NCBI GenBank assembly: GCA_047602425.1
Contig: JASGHG010000001.1
Location: 1,984,001 to 2,048,000 of the forward strand
DNA: 64,000 nt
DNA from: Nibricoccus sp.
GTDB lineage: Bacteria; Verrucomicrobiota; Verrucomicrobiia; Opitutales; Opitutaceae
Direction of reading: 5' to 3'
The position numbers and the translations under genes are program-made. The number at the start of each line of letters is the position of its first letter. Within the stretch, counting starts at the first letter, position 1. Positions 1 to 9,549 of this stretch are shown piece by piece. Under the pieces are notes generated by a model, which was given only the letters and a program-made list of their open reading frames with translations, was not told the origin of the DNA and ran no database searches.

Positions 1-641
1 AAGCTAGCGCCGTCCCGCCAGCCAGAATCACTGTTCTTGCCGGTGTCAATGGTTCGGGGAAGAGCAGCCTGATGGGTGCGTTGCTGCATCAAAAAGGAGT
101 ATCGTTTTTCAACCCCGATGCTTTCGCGCGGCTGCTCCGAAAAGTGGATGCCGGTCTGAGCATAGAAGCAGCCAATGGCGAGGCATGGAACGTCGGGCGG
201 AAGCAGCTGGAGCATGCGATTAAAAACAAAGCGAGCTACAATTTCGAGACCACCTTGGGTGCAAATACGATACCTAAGCTCCTCAAACAGGCAGCACTGG
301 AAGGCTTGGAGGTAGTGATATGGTATTGTGGATTGGTCACTCCCGAACTCAATATCCAGCGCGTTGCACAACGCGTAACCAAAGGAGGCCACGACATCCC
401 AGAAGACAAGATTCGCTCCAGGTGGATTTCCAGCCGTGAAAACTTGATCCACCTCTTGCCATTTCTGACCGAGGTCAAAGTGTTCGACAACTCGGCCGAG
501 GCGACGGCGCAATCCGATGGCGGCTTTGCCCCCGCGCCCATTCTGCTACTTCACGTTCGTGGCAAGAAAATCGTGGCCTGCTCACCTAAGCCACCGGCAT
601 GGGCCAAACCGATCATCGCGGCCGCGCGGTTAAACGCGTAG
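1..641 (+). CDS. Zeta-toxin-like P-loop ATPase/kinase (predicted ABC-type ATPase family), 5' end outside the window
   Basis: The frame is open from base 3 and reads ITVLAGVNGSGKSS (Walker A) upstream of the annotated Met at 72. Downstream motifs NPD, FETTL, RVAQRVTKGGHDIPEDKIRSRW and FDNS are typical of this family. Confidence 0.75.
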   Translation, partial: ASAVPPARITVLAGVNGSGKSSLMGALLHQKGVSFFNPDAFARLLRKVDAGLSIEAANGEAWNVGRKQLEHAIKNKASYNFETTLGANTIPKLLKQAALEGLEVVIWYCGLVTPELNIQRVAQRVTKGGHDIPEDKIRSRWISSRENLIHLLPFLTEVKVFDNSAEATAQSDGGFAPAPILLLHVRGKKIVACSPKPPAWAKPIIAAARLNA

Positions 642-822
642 GCATCCGATGCGAGTAATTGCCGGGTTTCATTGATTGTACGCCTCCGGCTGTAAATCAC
701 AGTAAACGAACGTGGGGCTGTGCGGTTCGCTACGCCCGACAGCCAGCCAAAACCTGACAGTTCGTCCTGTCCTTCTGCGATGGCTTACCCAAGGAAAAAC
801 GCGCTCACAACCCGCCGAAAAA

Positions 823-880
823 TTCCTGCCAAATTCCTGTCAGAATTTGTGCAATTTCCTGCAAATTCCTGCCATTCCTG
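823..880. repeat. Five short direct repeats (TTCCTG core), possible integrase arm-type sites of a neighbouring island
   Basis: TTCCTG at 823, 834, 856, 866 and 875, mostly ~10 bp apart, ~85-140 bp left of the att-like site. Confidence 0.5.
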
Positions 881-963
881 TCAACTTTGCTCAAAAATAG
901 TTATGCTGGAAAATTATGTTAGTTACGTAATTTCAGCAGGATACATACCCGCTATAAATCGAA

Positions 964-990
964 TTCAACTCCCGCCACCTCCACCAATTT
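964..990 (+). repeat. att-like site: tmRNA 3'-end fragment (left copy)
   Basis: TTCAACTCCCGCCACCTCCACCAATTT matches 21489-21515 at 26/27 positions. It corresponds to T-loop, 3' T-stem, acceptor strand CACCTCC and ACCA. Confidence 0.85.
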
Positions 991-1020
991 TTATCACGTA
1001 AGTCGCTGGTAATTTGTCGT

Positions 1021-1042
1021 GGGGACCATAAAAGTGGTCTCC
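1021..1042 (+). other. Hairpin just inside the left att site
   Basis: GGGGACCA-taaaag-TGGTCTCC, an 8-bp stem including one G-U pair. Confidence 0.35.
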
Positions 1043-1232
1043 GCGACAGCGTATGGGGCCTTTTGGTTTGCGACAGCGTTTGCGCTCCACGCATTGTCGT
1101 ATGCTAGTCCCTAGAGGTAAGCTGATCTTCTGCTAGATTTGCGACAGTGTATGCGCCCCCGAATTAAGGAAGATTTCAAGACCGACGAACAAGTAGGAAA
1201 GTCCATTTTGCAGCTGTTCGGATTGCGACAGT
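1043..1232. repeat. Four GCGACAG direct repeats, possible integrase arm-type sites
   Basis: GCGACAG at 1043, 1070, 1141 and 1225. Related GCGACAG near 20835 and TGTGACAGCG at 21005 lie at the other island end. Confidence 0.5.
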
Positions 1233-1234
1233 CC

Positions 1235-1732
1235 TTACGTGCCACGAACTCGATGGGGCCAGGTATCCCCGTCTGCGTCAGTCACTCGTGTCCCTATATT
1301 GACAGTGTCACCCGGATAATAAGTCACTGTTTTGTCGTAGTCGGGATCGAGGGCCATTGGATTGTGACGCTCAGGCACATCGAGATTCGGGTCTACAATT
1401 GCCTCGAAATGACTTCCTTCCTTCGCATGGAAACCGGATTTAAGATAAATGGTGCTCGCAGAACCGAAGTAAATGTCGGCACCACCCGGTTCGATCACTA
1501 CATTTCCAGACGTACTGATGGAGCCTTCGTCGAGAATGACAATAGACGGCGGGCTGCTAGCCGTATCCTTTAACAGCAGTCCAGTTCCTGTGATCACTAC
1601 ACTGCCACTGCCGTTCAAAGAGACGGTGGTGTCGGCAAGCAGTGCGCTCACCGAGGCCATAAAAAATATGCAGGCAATGAGACTTCGGAGTAAGCGGCTT
1701 GATCGCAAATTCTGCCTGATCTGAAGATTCAT
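1235..1732 (-). pseudogene. 3'-truncated paralogue of the 1791-3206 secreted protein
   Basis: The first ~156 aa align closely with the neighbouring gene (MNLQI...ALLADTTVS...GTRVTDxDGD). Similarity then stops abruptly near 1265 and the ORF ends 9 codons later. Confidence 0.75.
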
Positions 1733-1790
1733 GGAATTGAATGGACGGCTAAAATAGCTTGCCTTTCACCGCGAGCGTTCGATTACGACT

Positions 1791-3206
1791 TTACTGGGGG
1801 GCGATATTATAAACTCGTGGATAGGGAGGTTCGGTATGGTTCCCATCCGAAGGTTTGTGCAGACATGTATATGTGATTTTATCCAGATACAGGCCAAAAG
1901 GCACTGTGGGGTCTAACATCCAGTACCATCCAGTACCATCCTCCCAGAGAAGGTCCACACGATCCACGACCCACGATCTCGTTTCTCGATGGTAGATTGC
2001 TATATTTATAAATGTCTTCTCTGCATGAAATCCATATTTGTCATTATACCAGAATAATACGTAACCATTTCCTGCTTTATATTTCAGATTGTAAAAGCCA
2101 GATAAATCCGGTGATCCCCAGCTCCAAGGAACAACGCCATTATCGTTGATCTCAAAATATATTTGGATCTGTTTATTTGTGCCAGTTCCGCCTATGGTGG
2201 CACTTGTAACCGTGGTCGGAATATTGATCCACGAAAGCACCTTGACCGTTGTCTGTGCCGAGTAAACCCAATCACTTACTGAATCTTTTACGGCCGTCCT
2301 CAGGGCATAGGTTCCAGGTAGGTAAAAATCTATACTGGCTGTATAAGTAGCGTCGCTTTGATTTCCAGAAAGCGTCCCGGCGACAAACACCCAATCGCCG
2401 CCGGGTATTTTAACCTGGAGACCTATTGAAATCATGTCTCCATCTTGGTCCGTGGCATGGGCCGACACCTGCAAAACCTCGCCTGGATCTACAACCGAGG
2501 ACTTCGGGACACTAGGTGCCGAAGGCACAGGCAGATGACTGCCAATGCTGATTGGCACTTCATTCGAATAGATCCAGTCGCTCACTGAGTCCTTGGCGGT
2601 CGTGCGCAATAGAAATACTCCCCCAGTTGGAAACTGCACGGGAACCGTCTTCTGCGAGTCACCACTCGAAGAGTATGACCAGTTGGCGAGAGTCACCCAA
2701 TCGCCGCCTTCCTTCACTTGCAACGCATGAACGGTTATGTCTCCGTCGACATCAGTGACTCGTGTCCCTATATTGACAGTATCACCCGGATAATAAGTCA
2801 CTGTTTTGTCATAGTCGGGATCGAGGACCACCGGATTGTGACGCTCAGGCACGTCCAGATTCGGGTCTACAATCGCCGTGAAATGACACCCTTCCTTCGC
2901 ATGGAAACCAGGCTTGAGATAAATGGTGCTCGCAGAACCGAAGTATACATCGGCACCATCCGGTTCGATCGCTACATTTCCGGACGTACTGATCGAGCCT
3001 TCATCGAGTATGCCAATAAACGGCGGGGTGCTAGCCATATCCTTTATCATAAGCCCAGTTCCTGTGATCACTATATTGCCACTGCCATTCACGGATACAG
3101 TGGTGTCGGCAAGCAGTGCGCTCACCAAGGCCATGACAAAAATACACGCAATGAGACTTCGGATGAAGCGGCTTGATGGCAAATTCTGCATGATTTGAAG
3201 ATTCAT
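1791..3206 (-). CDS. Secreted protein: signal peptide, 3-coathanger-stack-like motif, two Ig-like repeats, aromatic-rich C-terminal domain
   Basis: Hydrophobic N-terminus ending ALLA-D. Motif IYLKPGFHAKEGCHFTA. Two internal repeats PG(D/E)...TDxDGD...LQVK..GGDWV...LRTxxKDSVSDWxYS. Confidence 0.7.
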   Translation of the reverse strand: MNLQIMQNLPSSRFIRSLIACIFVMALVSALLADTTVSVNGSGNIVITGTGLMIKDMASTPPFIGILDEGSISTSGNVAIEPDGADVYFGSASTIYLKPGFHAKEGCHFTAIVDPNLDVPERHNPVVLDPDYDKTVTYYPGDTVNIGTRVTDVDGDITVHALQVKEGGDWVTLANWSYSSSGDSQKTVPVQFPTGGVFLLRTTAKDSVSDWIYSNEVPISIGSHLPVPSAPSVPKSSVVDPGEVLQVSAHATDQDGDMISIGLQVKIPGGDWVFVAGTLSGNQSDATYTASIDFYLPGTYALRTAVKDSVSDWVYSAQTTVKVLSWINIPTTVTSATIGGTGTNKQIQIYFEINDNGVVPWSWGSPDLSGFYNLKYKAGNGYVLFWYNDKYGFHAEKTFINIAIYHRETRSWVVDRVDLLWEDGTGWYWMLDPTVPFGLYLDKITYTCLHKPSDGNHTEPPYPRVYNIAPQ

Positions 3207-3301
3207 GGTATTAAATTGAAGATAATATAGCCTGTTTGTTATCGCTAGAGCTCAATTGTGACTACAGAGAATGCGGTTTGTCTTTCGCAGCATTATACTT
3301 G

Positions 3302-3358
3302 GTCAAGAGTCAAGACCTGACGTGTTTTTGCTCGTCTGTTGTGACGTGTTTTGCTCGT
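3302..3358. repeat. Short direct repeats immediately downstream of the immunity-like gene
   Basis: GTCAAGA twice (3302, 3309). TGACGTGTTTT(T)GCTCGT twice (3318-3335, 3342-3358). Confidence 0.6.
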
Positions 3359-3360
3359 TT

Positions 3361-3567
3361 TTAGTCTGTTCTGATTTTCTTGATCGCCAAGGCAATACCG
3401 ATCAAAAGGAATAGTGATATAAATATCACCGTTATCGCTTTGAATTGAACAGGGCTATAGCCAAACATAAGGTAGAGGACTGAACACGCGAATAATGACA
3501 TCACCGCGCCGCCAATAGCACCACACAGTAGTCCGACAACGACAGTATATACTTTATTGTAATTCAT
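3361..3567 (-). CDS. Small two-TM membrane protein, putative Rhs immunity protein
   Basis: 68 aa with two hydrophobic helices and a basic C-terminus. AT-rich. Its start overlaps the Rhs stop (ATGA at 3567-3564). Confidence 0.65.
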   Translation of the reverse strand: MNYNKVYTVVVGLLCGAIGGAVMSLFACSVLYLMFGYSPVQFKAITVIFISLFLLIGIALAIKKIRTD

Positions 3568-6500
3568 TTATAATAATTATGAGCGGGTTGCGGTGCTGCA
3601 CCTCCTGAGAAAAATAAATCCGTGACCGGAGATAAGTTCGCAACGACTACACCGGCCCCGGTACCCAACTGGGTACCTAAAGTAGGCGGAGCTTTTTCAC
3701 CGCGGAATAGGAGCGGCTTCCAACGCCCTTGTAAGGCCCCAGAATCGAGGAGGCCCTGCGTAAACGGACTTGGTTGCACAAATGACGCAAAGGCCCTTTC
3801 TGTGAGATCACCGGCTATAGATCCTCCAGCGCCAAACAGACCTCCTACGGTTGCAGCATACCCCAAATCTTTTTCCCAATCCGAACCACTAGCCACATTT
3901 TTCACTATTTGGCCAGTGCCGTTGATGACCGCACTACCTACACCGTTCAATACGGCACGACCGAGTATATTAGTCGTAAGCTGTGCAACCTTTCCTCCCA
4001 ATCCTACGCCTGCCGCTCCAGCAAGACCACTCACTAAAACAGATGTTTTGTTCACCTTCGACCAATCTCCATGATTACTTATCAGCTGCACTGTAAGATC
4101 TACTCCGGCGCCAATAAAAAAGCCCGCAATAGCCCAAGCAAATTTGCCTTCCGGGTCGGTCATCATCACCGGGTTTCCGTTTGCAAACGCATACCAATTC
4201 ATACCACCCGCAAAGCCAATTGGGTCGGCGTTTAGGAATCGTTGGGTATATGGGTTATAAAACCTAGCTCGCATATAAACCAATCCACTCGACTCAGTCA
4301 TCACTCCCAATGAACCGTGCAGAAGAAATGGAGTGTCAGCGCTGCCAGTTTGTGACCTCACCTGGCCGTAGGCCGCATATTCCCAACGTCCAAGTACCGA
4401 GGTGCCATTGTCGCTTGAGAGGGCGATAGTACTTCCCTGATGGTTGTAGTGGTAGGTTTTAGTGGCTCCATCTGTTTCTTCGTAAACAAGCCCGATTCCC
4501 CAAACATAGCGTGTGATCGTCCCGCCATTGTTGCGCACGAGGACCCGGCTGAGTGAAGCATTGGGGTCGACCAAGTAGTGGATCGAACCCACCCGATAGC
4601 GGTGGCCTTCGGGGTTGTAGCCGTAGCTGACATTGTTGCAGCTGCTGAGTCGATTGCGACCGTCGTAAGTATAACTGCCGAACGAGCCATCTTTTGGCAA
4701 TGGACCTAGCGTCATGTTTCCATCGTCGTCGTGAATAACAGGAACGTCGTTCCACGTCTCCAATCGGTTGTCGTTGTCGTAGGTCGCCGAGTAATAAGGC
4801 GCTGAAGTAACTCCGCCGGAGTCCGAGACCGGAGCGGTAACCGCGAGGTCAATCCGACCATCCTTGTCGTAGCGCAACACCTGTTGCCAAATCACATTCC
4901 CCAAGACATCGAGTTCCTGAACAAAGCAAAGCTGGCTTGCGGCGTCATATTGCATATTTCGCTTTGTTCCATTGGGCCGATACACCTGTTTGAGCCTGCC
5001 TCCTGCATCGTAAGCGTAAGATGTAACCCGCCCGTTCCAGTCACTGACCGATGCCATGCGGTTGTAGGCATCATATCCATAGGTTACCACCTTGTTGCCT
5101 GGGTAGGTGATCGTCTCCAGATTGCCAGCAGCATCATAAGTGTACTGAAGCGTGTTACCATCTCCATCCCGGTACAATTTCAACCGATTGAAATCGTCGT
5201 ATTCTCGATGGGTGGTCATGCCGCCCTCCGATACTTCATGCAACATGCCGTTGGGATAATAGCTGAATGTCGTCTCAATACCCAAACCGTCTTTTTGCTT
5301 CAGTAGGCGGCCTTCGGCATCGTACTCTTTGAATTCGGTGACTCGCAGCGAAGGAGCAGTGACCGTCTTTAACAAGCCACGCGTATCTTTTTCAACAATC
5401 GTACTTTTCTGCTCAGGAGTCTTGGTCGTCACCTTTCGCGCGACATCGTCGTAGGTCCAAGTATAAGTCTGCTCCCGCCGGTTCTTGAGCGTTTTTGGAC
5501 GCCCATCCTTGTCATAGCCATGGATGATCGAAAAGCCCATCGCGTCACCAGTAGAGTCAACTAAGCCCAAGCTATTGTAGACGCTATCAGTTTCGTGCCC
5601 CAGCGCCGTCTTCATGTAGTTACGCTGGCCGTTTGCATCGTAATCGAAATAGGTGTGTCGGACGAGTGGATCGATCGTTTCTTTGAGCCGTGACGCGTCG
5701 TCATATTTAAACTGCGTATCGTTGCCAAAAGCATCGATAGTGAAGCCCAAGAGATTCCGTTCGTCGTAATGCTGCGATTTTACTACCTGGCCATCCGCTC
5801 CCTTCACCTCAATAAGGTTGCCCAAAGCATCATAGTCATAATCGACTTTATTATTGCGAGGATCCAAGATGTAATCAACAGCACCAGCATCATCATATGT
5901 CGTCGTGGAAACAATAGAATCGCTCGGCGGAGTTCCTCCCACTGGTGAAGTCGCATCGTAAAGGCCGGACCATTGAACAGTTTTGGTTTTTTGCCGGCGT
6001 TTGTTATATTCGAAGGTCGTTTTCCGTCCACCGCGATCGATGAACTGTATAACATCACCCCGCGCATTCAGGTCGGTGATCTCGGTTGGGGCGGTCGTAT
6101 CGGTCGGGGCGGTCGGGTAGGTGGCAGTTACTCGTTTTGTGTAACCCGCGACATCAGTATACACATAGCTAATGACTTCCCCTGCGGCGAATGCTGTCGG
6201 GTGTACCGTCAACACACGCCCACGCGAATCGTAAGTATATGAAGTGGTAAAGCCTCCAGTCGCTGTCACGTTCTTCACTTTGTGATACCCGTAGTATTCC
6301 GTAGTCGTTTGATTTCCTTCAAACGAGTTTTCCACACGCGAAGTTGAACTGTCGTCGTTCTCCGGAGTGATCGTTCGCGAGTTGCCGTCAGGATTGGTAA
6401 CCTGGTTAACCTCGTGATGGGCGTCATAGGCCATTGTCGTCTCTTCACCTTTGGGCGACCGTGTATACTCTACCCGGTCGTTTCCGTCGTAGCCCCATCG

Positions 6501-9500
6501 CGAAACATTGCCGAGTTGGTCTCGGTAGGCGATCTTCCGACCACGCTCATCGAAATACGTCCACGCTATCTTCCCAAGAGGATCTGTTTCGCGAGTCATT
6601 CCGCCTGCAAAGCCATAGGTCCAAAGATGCGAGTCCAGCCCCAGGCTTCGTTGTTCTAAAATACGATCCGAAGTATCATAGACATTCGTCACCACGGTAC
6701 GGCCTCGTGCATCGCTAATCTGCGTCATCAGTCCACGCGAATTAATAGTATACGTAGTTTCCTTACCCTCGGCATCCTTGAATACAAAATTTCCTTGATT
6801 TACGGTGTATTGAACCTCCCGGTCTGTGTTATCGGTGACTGTCTTTAGTCGACCAGATTCATAGCCAAAATCGAAATAGCGGCCGAAGCTGTCGGTCACG
6901 CGCGTTAGAAGGCCGTTAGCATAAGTAGCGCTCAGTTTTCTTTCGGTTCCCGTGCTATTATTCTTATCAATAATGTCGGTGAACATTTTGTTCGCATCGA
7001 ACTTAACCGTGGCTCCCTTTCTAAACTCCATGGTATAGGTCCCGTCGGCAGCCTGTGTAAGCGTCGCATTGACTCCCGCCGGGGGGGCATAGGTGGTGGT
7101 GGTAGCAGTGGAAAGCTTCGGCATTCTCGTAAACTCATAATTCCGAGTTCCAAAAGAAACAGAGGTCCTAGAATTTACCAGCTGGTCACCGGCCCAATTG
7201 GCGATGAGCGCAGGTACCAGCCAATGTTTTGGTGAACCATCCAAGTCGACGACATCCAACAGGGCGCGGGCAGCAACTACAAATGGCGCAACCTCTGCAG
7301 CCGTCGCACGTCGTAAATCGAAATCATTAGGATGCCGCTCTGAAAGTTGAATCGCATAACTGTGTGTCCAGCCTTTGCCCATTTTCGCCGGATCAGCCAA
7401 TCGGCGTGCCGACGAATACTGGCGAACCAAAGCAAGCCCATGCGGAGACTCTCCGCCAAGCGTTAGGTCTGTGTCCTCCTTGTAAAACGCGCCGTTAGTA
7501 GTATCGACCGGATCCCATGATAGCGAGAGGGGAAGTGCAGAGGGTGTGTTTGTACCAAAAGTCGAACTCGCAAAGTAATCCTGATCGAAGGGTGTGACAT
7601 TCAATTGATTTGGCATAGTCGCATAACCGCCAGCAAGCCCCCCCGTAATACCCATTAAACAGGTAGCGGCTCCTGAGGCATCTTCGGAGTAAAGCAAATA
7701 GCCTGTGCCTTTATACTCGTTTGACCATATTAGGCACTGATTCGGGATCGCTAAGCGTGCTACCGGTTTCTCCATCTCGCTTTGAATTGCTGCGATTTCT
7801 GTTGCATCGAGTGTAGTGTAATTACCAATTAATGGCTTAATTAATTGGTAGTGGCTGTTGCTATTGGCATAATATACATTATGATTATTAGATGAATCGA
7901 TCCATTCAATCGCCCGTTGCATAAGCTTAACCGTTGATACGGCGGTATCAGGCACAGTCTGCTCAAGTGTAACATGCTCTAGCGCACTACCCAGATAGTT
8001 TCCGGCTAAAAATATCTTTTTACGATCAACCGCATTAACAGATCTGGGCGCAATGTTATCCAATCTGAGCGGCAAATCCACATAAGGTGCCATCGAGGGG
8101 GTTGTCTTTATTCCGACTATACCAGCAAAACAATCGCACAGTTTTCTGCTACCACCCACAGATCCCAGGATTTCATCCAGTAAATTCATCTGATTGAGAT
8201 ACTGCAGTCCAATGATATTAAGGTTCTCGGTTAACAATTTCCTCCCCTGTGGCAACTCCTGGCTGGTCACATATTCCGATTGTATTTGCAGGCGTTTCGC
8301 CAAACGACCAAGGCATTGGTCGAAACCGTACGCAATAACAGAACATCCCGCACGATCCAGTGCCTTGGCATTTTGTGTAATGGTGTAGGGAATATCCGGG
8401 AAAGTGTAGCTAAAGGTAACAGCCGCAACTACGGCCGCATCGACTTCTTCAACCAACATGGTGTCATCAAGCCAGAGCTGAGCTTTGCCTGAACTAAAAT
8501 ATACCGCCAATTTTTTACCCTGAAGTTCGGCCGTATAAAATGTCTTTTGCAGACTCCCTACTGTAACCGAAAATGTCATTGCATAATCAGTCGGTATCCC
8601 GGCCCACGACACTGCCGGAAATGCCACTGTATCTTCAAACATAACAGAAGGCAATTCCTCCGGTAGCGCTGTGAAAAATTCTGATTTTAATATAGCTTTG
8701 CCACAAATGTCAGCTCCAGATTCATCGTGAACCGTCGTCTGACAATATTGGATAAGACTGGTAGAGTATGACGACAGTTTATCTCGAAGAGCCGTCAGTC
8801 CACTTTGAGTCAGTTTAACCGAAAGCGTCTGATCAGAACCAGCCGCCGCATCATACACCGCAGCATTGCTGTAGGATATAGCCGAATCCAAGGAAATGGC
8901 TGGATTCCGCGAATGTCGCTTGAAGGATGGATCCAAGACGTAGTTTTTTCCAGCTATAGATGCAATTACCCATACATGGGGTACTCGAATGAAGTCCCGA
9001 TCATATATGAGCGGGCTATCAAAATAATCGACGCGGCACTGCAACAACTGATCTCCAGCCAAGCTTGCATCGGACCCCAACCAATCAGCTACATCATTAG
9101 GGTCCATAACAACACCCCCAAATTTATAGGATGCATCGGCGCCACTTGCCTTCAATAAGGCCACAAGCAAGGCACAGGTATCAAAATCGTTGCCAACTTT
9201 TTCCACCAAGGTCAGCTGCGCACCCCGCTTAAGTCCGTGGTAAGGGACGAACTCGATTGTATTTTTCACCCACTCATAAATTCTGACAGGGTCGTTATTC
9301 AATGCGCTCGCAAGCGCCGTGATCTCCGGAGTAATTTCGTCAGCAACCGGGAGCAGCTGAGTCACCATATCTCTCGCCGCGACAACCCCCGCAGGTCTGG
9401 CCTGAAGCGCAGCGGCAAAACTTCTATTGCGCGCAGTAGCCTCCACAGGCTTAAACGTCCAACCAGTTTGGGAGTGAAGCCTAGTGACTGCTAGAAGCAG

Positions 9501-9530
9501 CATGAGCGCTGATAAAGTGATCTTTTTCAT
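3564..9530 (-). CDS. Rhs/YD-repeat protein with signal peptide, N-terminal transglutaminase-like domain, DUF6531-like segment, Rhs core and C-terminal tip
   Basis: MKKITLSALMLLLAVTRLHS-Q signal. TGase-like motifs IYEWVKN..GNDFD..LLVALLKASG..HVW..LDPS. DPVDTTNGAF segment. Many YDxxGRL/YD repeats. Core end LVYMRARFYNP..RFLNADPIGFAGGMNWYAFANGNPVMMTDPEG. Confidence 0.92.
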   Translation of the reverse strand: MKKITLSALMLLLAVTRLHSQTGWTFKPVEATARNRSFAAALQARPAGVVAARDMVTQLLPVADEITPEITALASALNNDPVRIYEWVKNTIEFVPYHGLKRGAQLTLVEKVGNDFDTCALLVALLKASGADASYKFGGVVMDPNDVADWLGSDASLAGDQLLQCRVDYFDSPLIYDRDFIRVPHVWVIASIAGKNYVLDPSFKRHSRNPAISLDSAISYSNAAVYDAAAGSDQTLSVKLTQSGLTALRDKLSSYSTSLIQYCQTTVHDESGADICGKAILKSEFFTALPEELPSVMFEDTVAFPAVSWAGIPTDYAMTFSVTVGSLQKTFYTAELQGKKLAVYFSSGKAQLWLDDTMLVEEVDAAVVAAVTFSYTFPDIPYTITQNAKALDRAGCSVIAYGFDQCLGRLAKRLQIQSEYVTSQELPQGRKLLTENLNIIGLQYLNQMNLLDEILGSVGGSRKLCDCFAGIVGIKTTPSMAPYVDLPLRLDNIAPRSVNAVDRKKIFLAGNYLGSALEHVTLEQTVPDTAVSTVKLMQRAIEWIDSSNNHNVYYANSNSHYQLIKPLIGNYTTLDATEIAAIQSEMEKPVARLAIPNQCLIWSNEYKGTGYLLYSEDASGAATCLMGITGGLAGGYATMPNQLNVTPFDQDYFASSTFGTNTPSALPLSLSWDPVDTTNGAFYKEDTDLTLGGESPHGLALVRQYSSARRLADPAKMGKGWTHSYAIQLSERHPNDFDLRRATAAEVAPFVVAARALLDVVDLDGSPKHWLVPALIANWAGDQLVNSRTSVSFGTRNYEFTRMPKLSTATTTTYAPPAGVNATLTQAADGTYTMEFRKGATVKFDANKMFTDIIDKNNSTGTERKLSATYANGLLTRVTDSFGRYFDFGYESGRLKTVTDNTDREVQYTVNQGNFVFKDAEGKETTYTINSRGLMTQISDARGRTVVTNVYDTSDRILEQRSLGLDSHLWTYGFAGGMTRETDPLGKIAWTYFDERGRKIAYRDQLGNVSRWGYDGNDRVEYTRSPKGEETTMAYDAHHEVNQVTNPDGNSRTITPENDDSSTSRVENSFEGNQTTTEYYGYHKVKNVTATGGFTTSYTYDSRGRVLTVHPTAFAAGEVISYVYTDVAGYTKRVTATYPTAPTDTTAPTEITDLNARGDVIQFIDRGGRKTTFEYNKRRQKTKTVQWSGLYDATSPVGGTPPSDSIVSTTTYDDAGAVDYILDPRNNKVDYDYDALGNLIEVKGADGQVVKSQHYDERNLLGFTIDAFGNDTQFKYDDASRLKETIDPLVRHTYFDYDANGQRNYMKTALGHETDSVYNSLGLVDSTGDAMGFSIIHGYDKDGRPKTLKNRREQTYTWTYDDVARKVTTKTPEQKSTIVEKDTRGLLKTVTAPSLRVTEFKEYDAEGRLLKQKDGLGIETTFSYYPNGMLHEVSEGGMTTHREYDDFNRLKLYRDGDGNTLQYTYDAAGNLETITYPGNKVVTYGYDAYNRMASVSDWNGRVTSYAYDAGGRLKQVYRPNGTKRNMQYDAASQLCFVQELDVLGNVIWQQVLRYDKDGRIDLAVTAPVSDSGGVTSAPYYSATYDNDNRLETWNDVPVIHDDDGNMTLGPLPKDGSFGSYTYDGRNRLSSCNNVSYGYNPEGHRYRVGSIHYLVDPNASLSRVLVRNNGGTITRYVWGIGLVYEETDGATKTYHYNHQGSTIALSSDNGTSVLGRWEYAAYGQVRSQTGSADTPFLLHGSLGVMTESSGLVYMRARFYNPYTQRFLNADPIGFAGGMNWYAFANGNPVMMTDPEGKFAWAIAGFFIGAGVDLTVQLISNHGDWSKVNKTSVLVSGLAGAAGVGLGGKVAQLTTNILGRAVLNGVGSAVINGTGQIVKNVASGSDWEKDLGYAATVGGLFGAGGSIAGDLTERAFASFVQPSPFTQGLLDSGALQGRWKPLLFRGEKAPPTLGTQLGTGAGVVVANLSPVTDLFFSGGAAPQPAHNYYK

Positions 9531-9549
9531 GACTTAAATATAGTAAAAT

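Noticed and set aside
720..1001. 93-aa ORF ending in a polyproline run
   Set aside because: The PPPPP is a translation of the att/tmRNA fragment, and the ORF crosses the repeat-rich non-coding island junction.
1235..3206. Diversity-generating retroelement TR/VR pair
   Set aside because: Differences between the copies involve all four bases and are often synonymous rather than adenine-specific. They cover the N-terminus, and there is no reverse transcriptase in the window.
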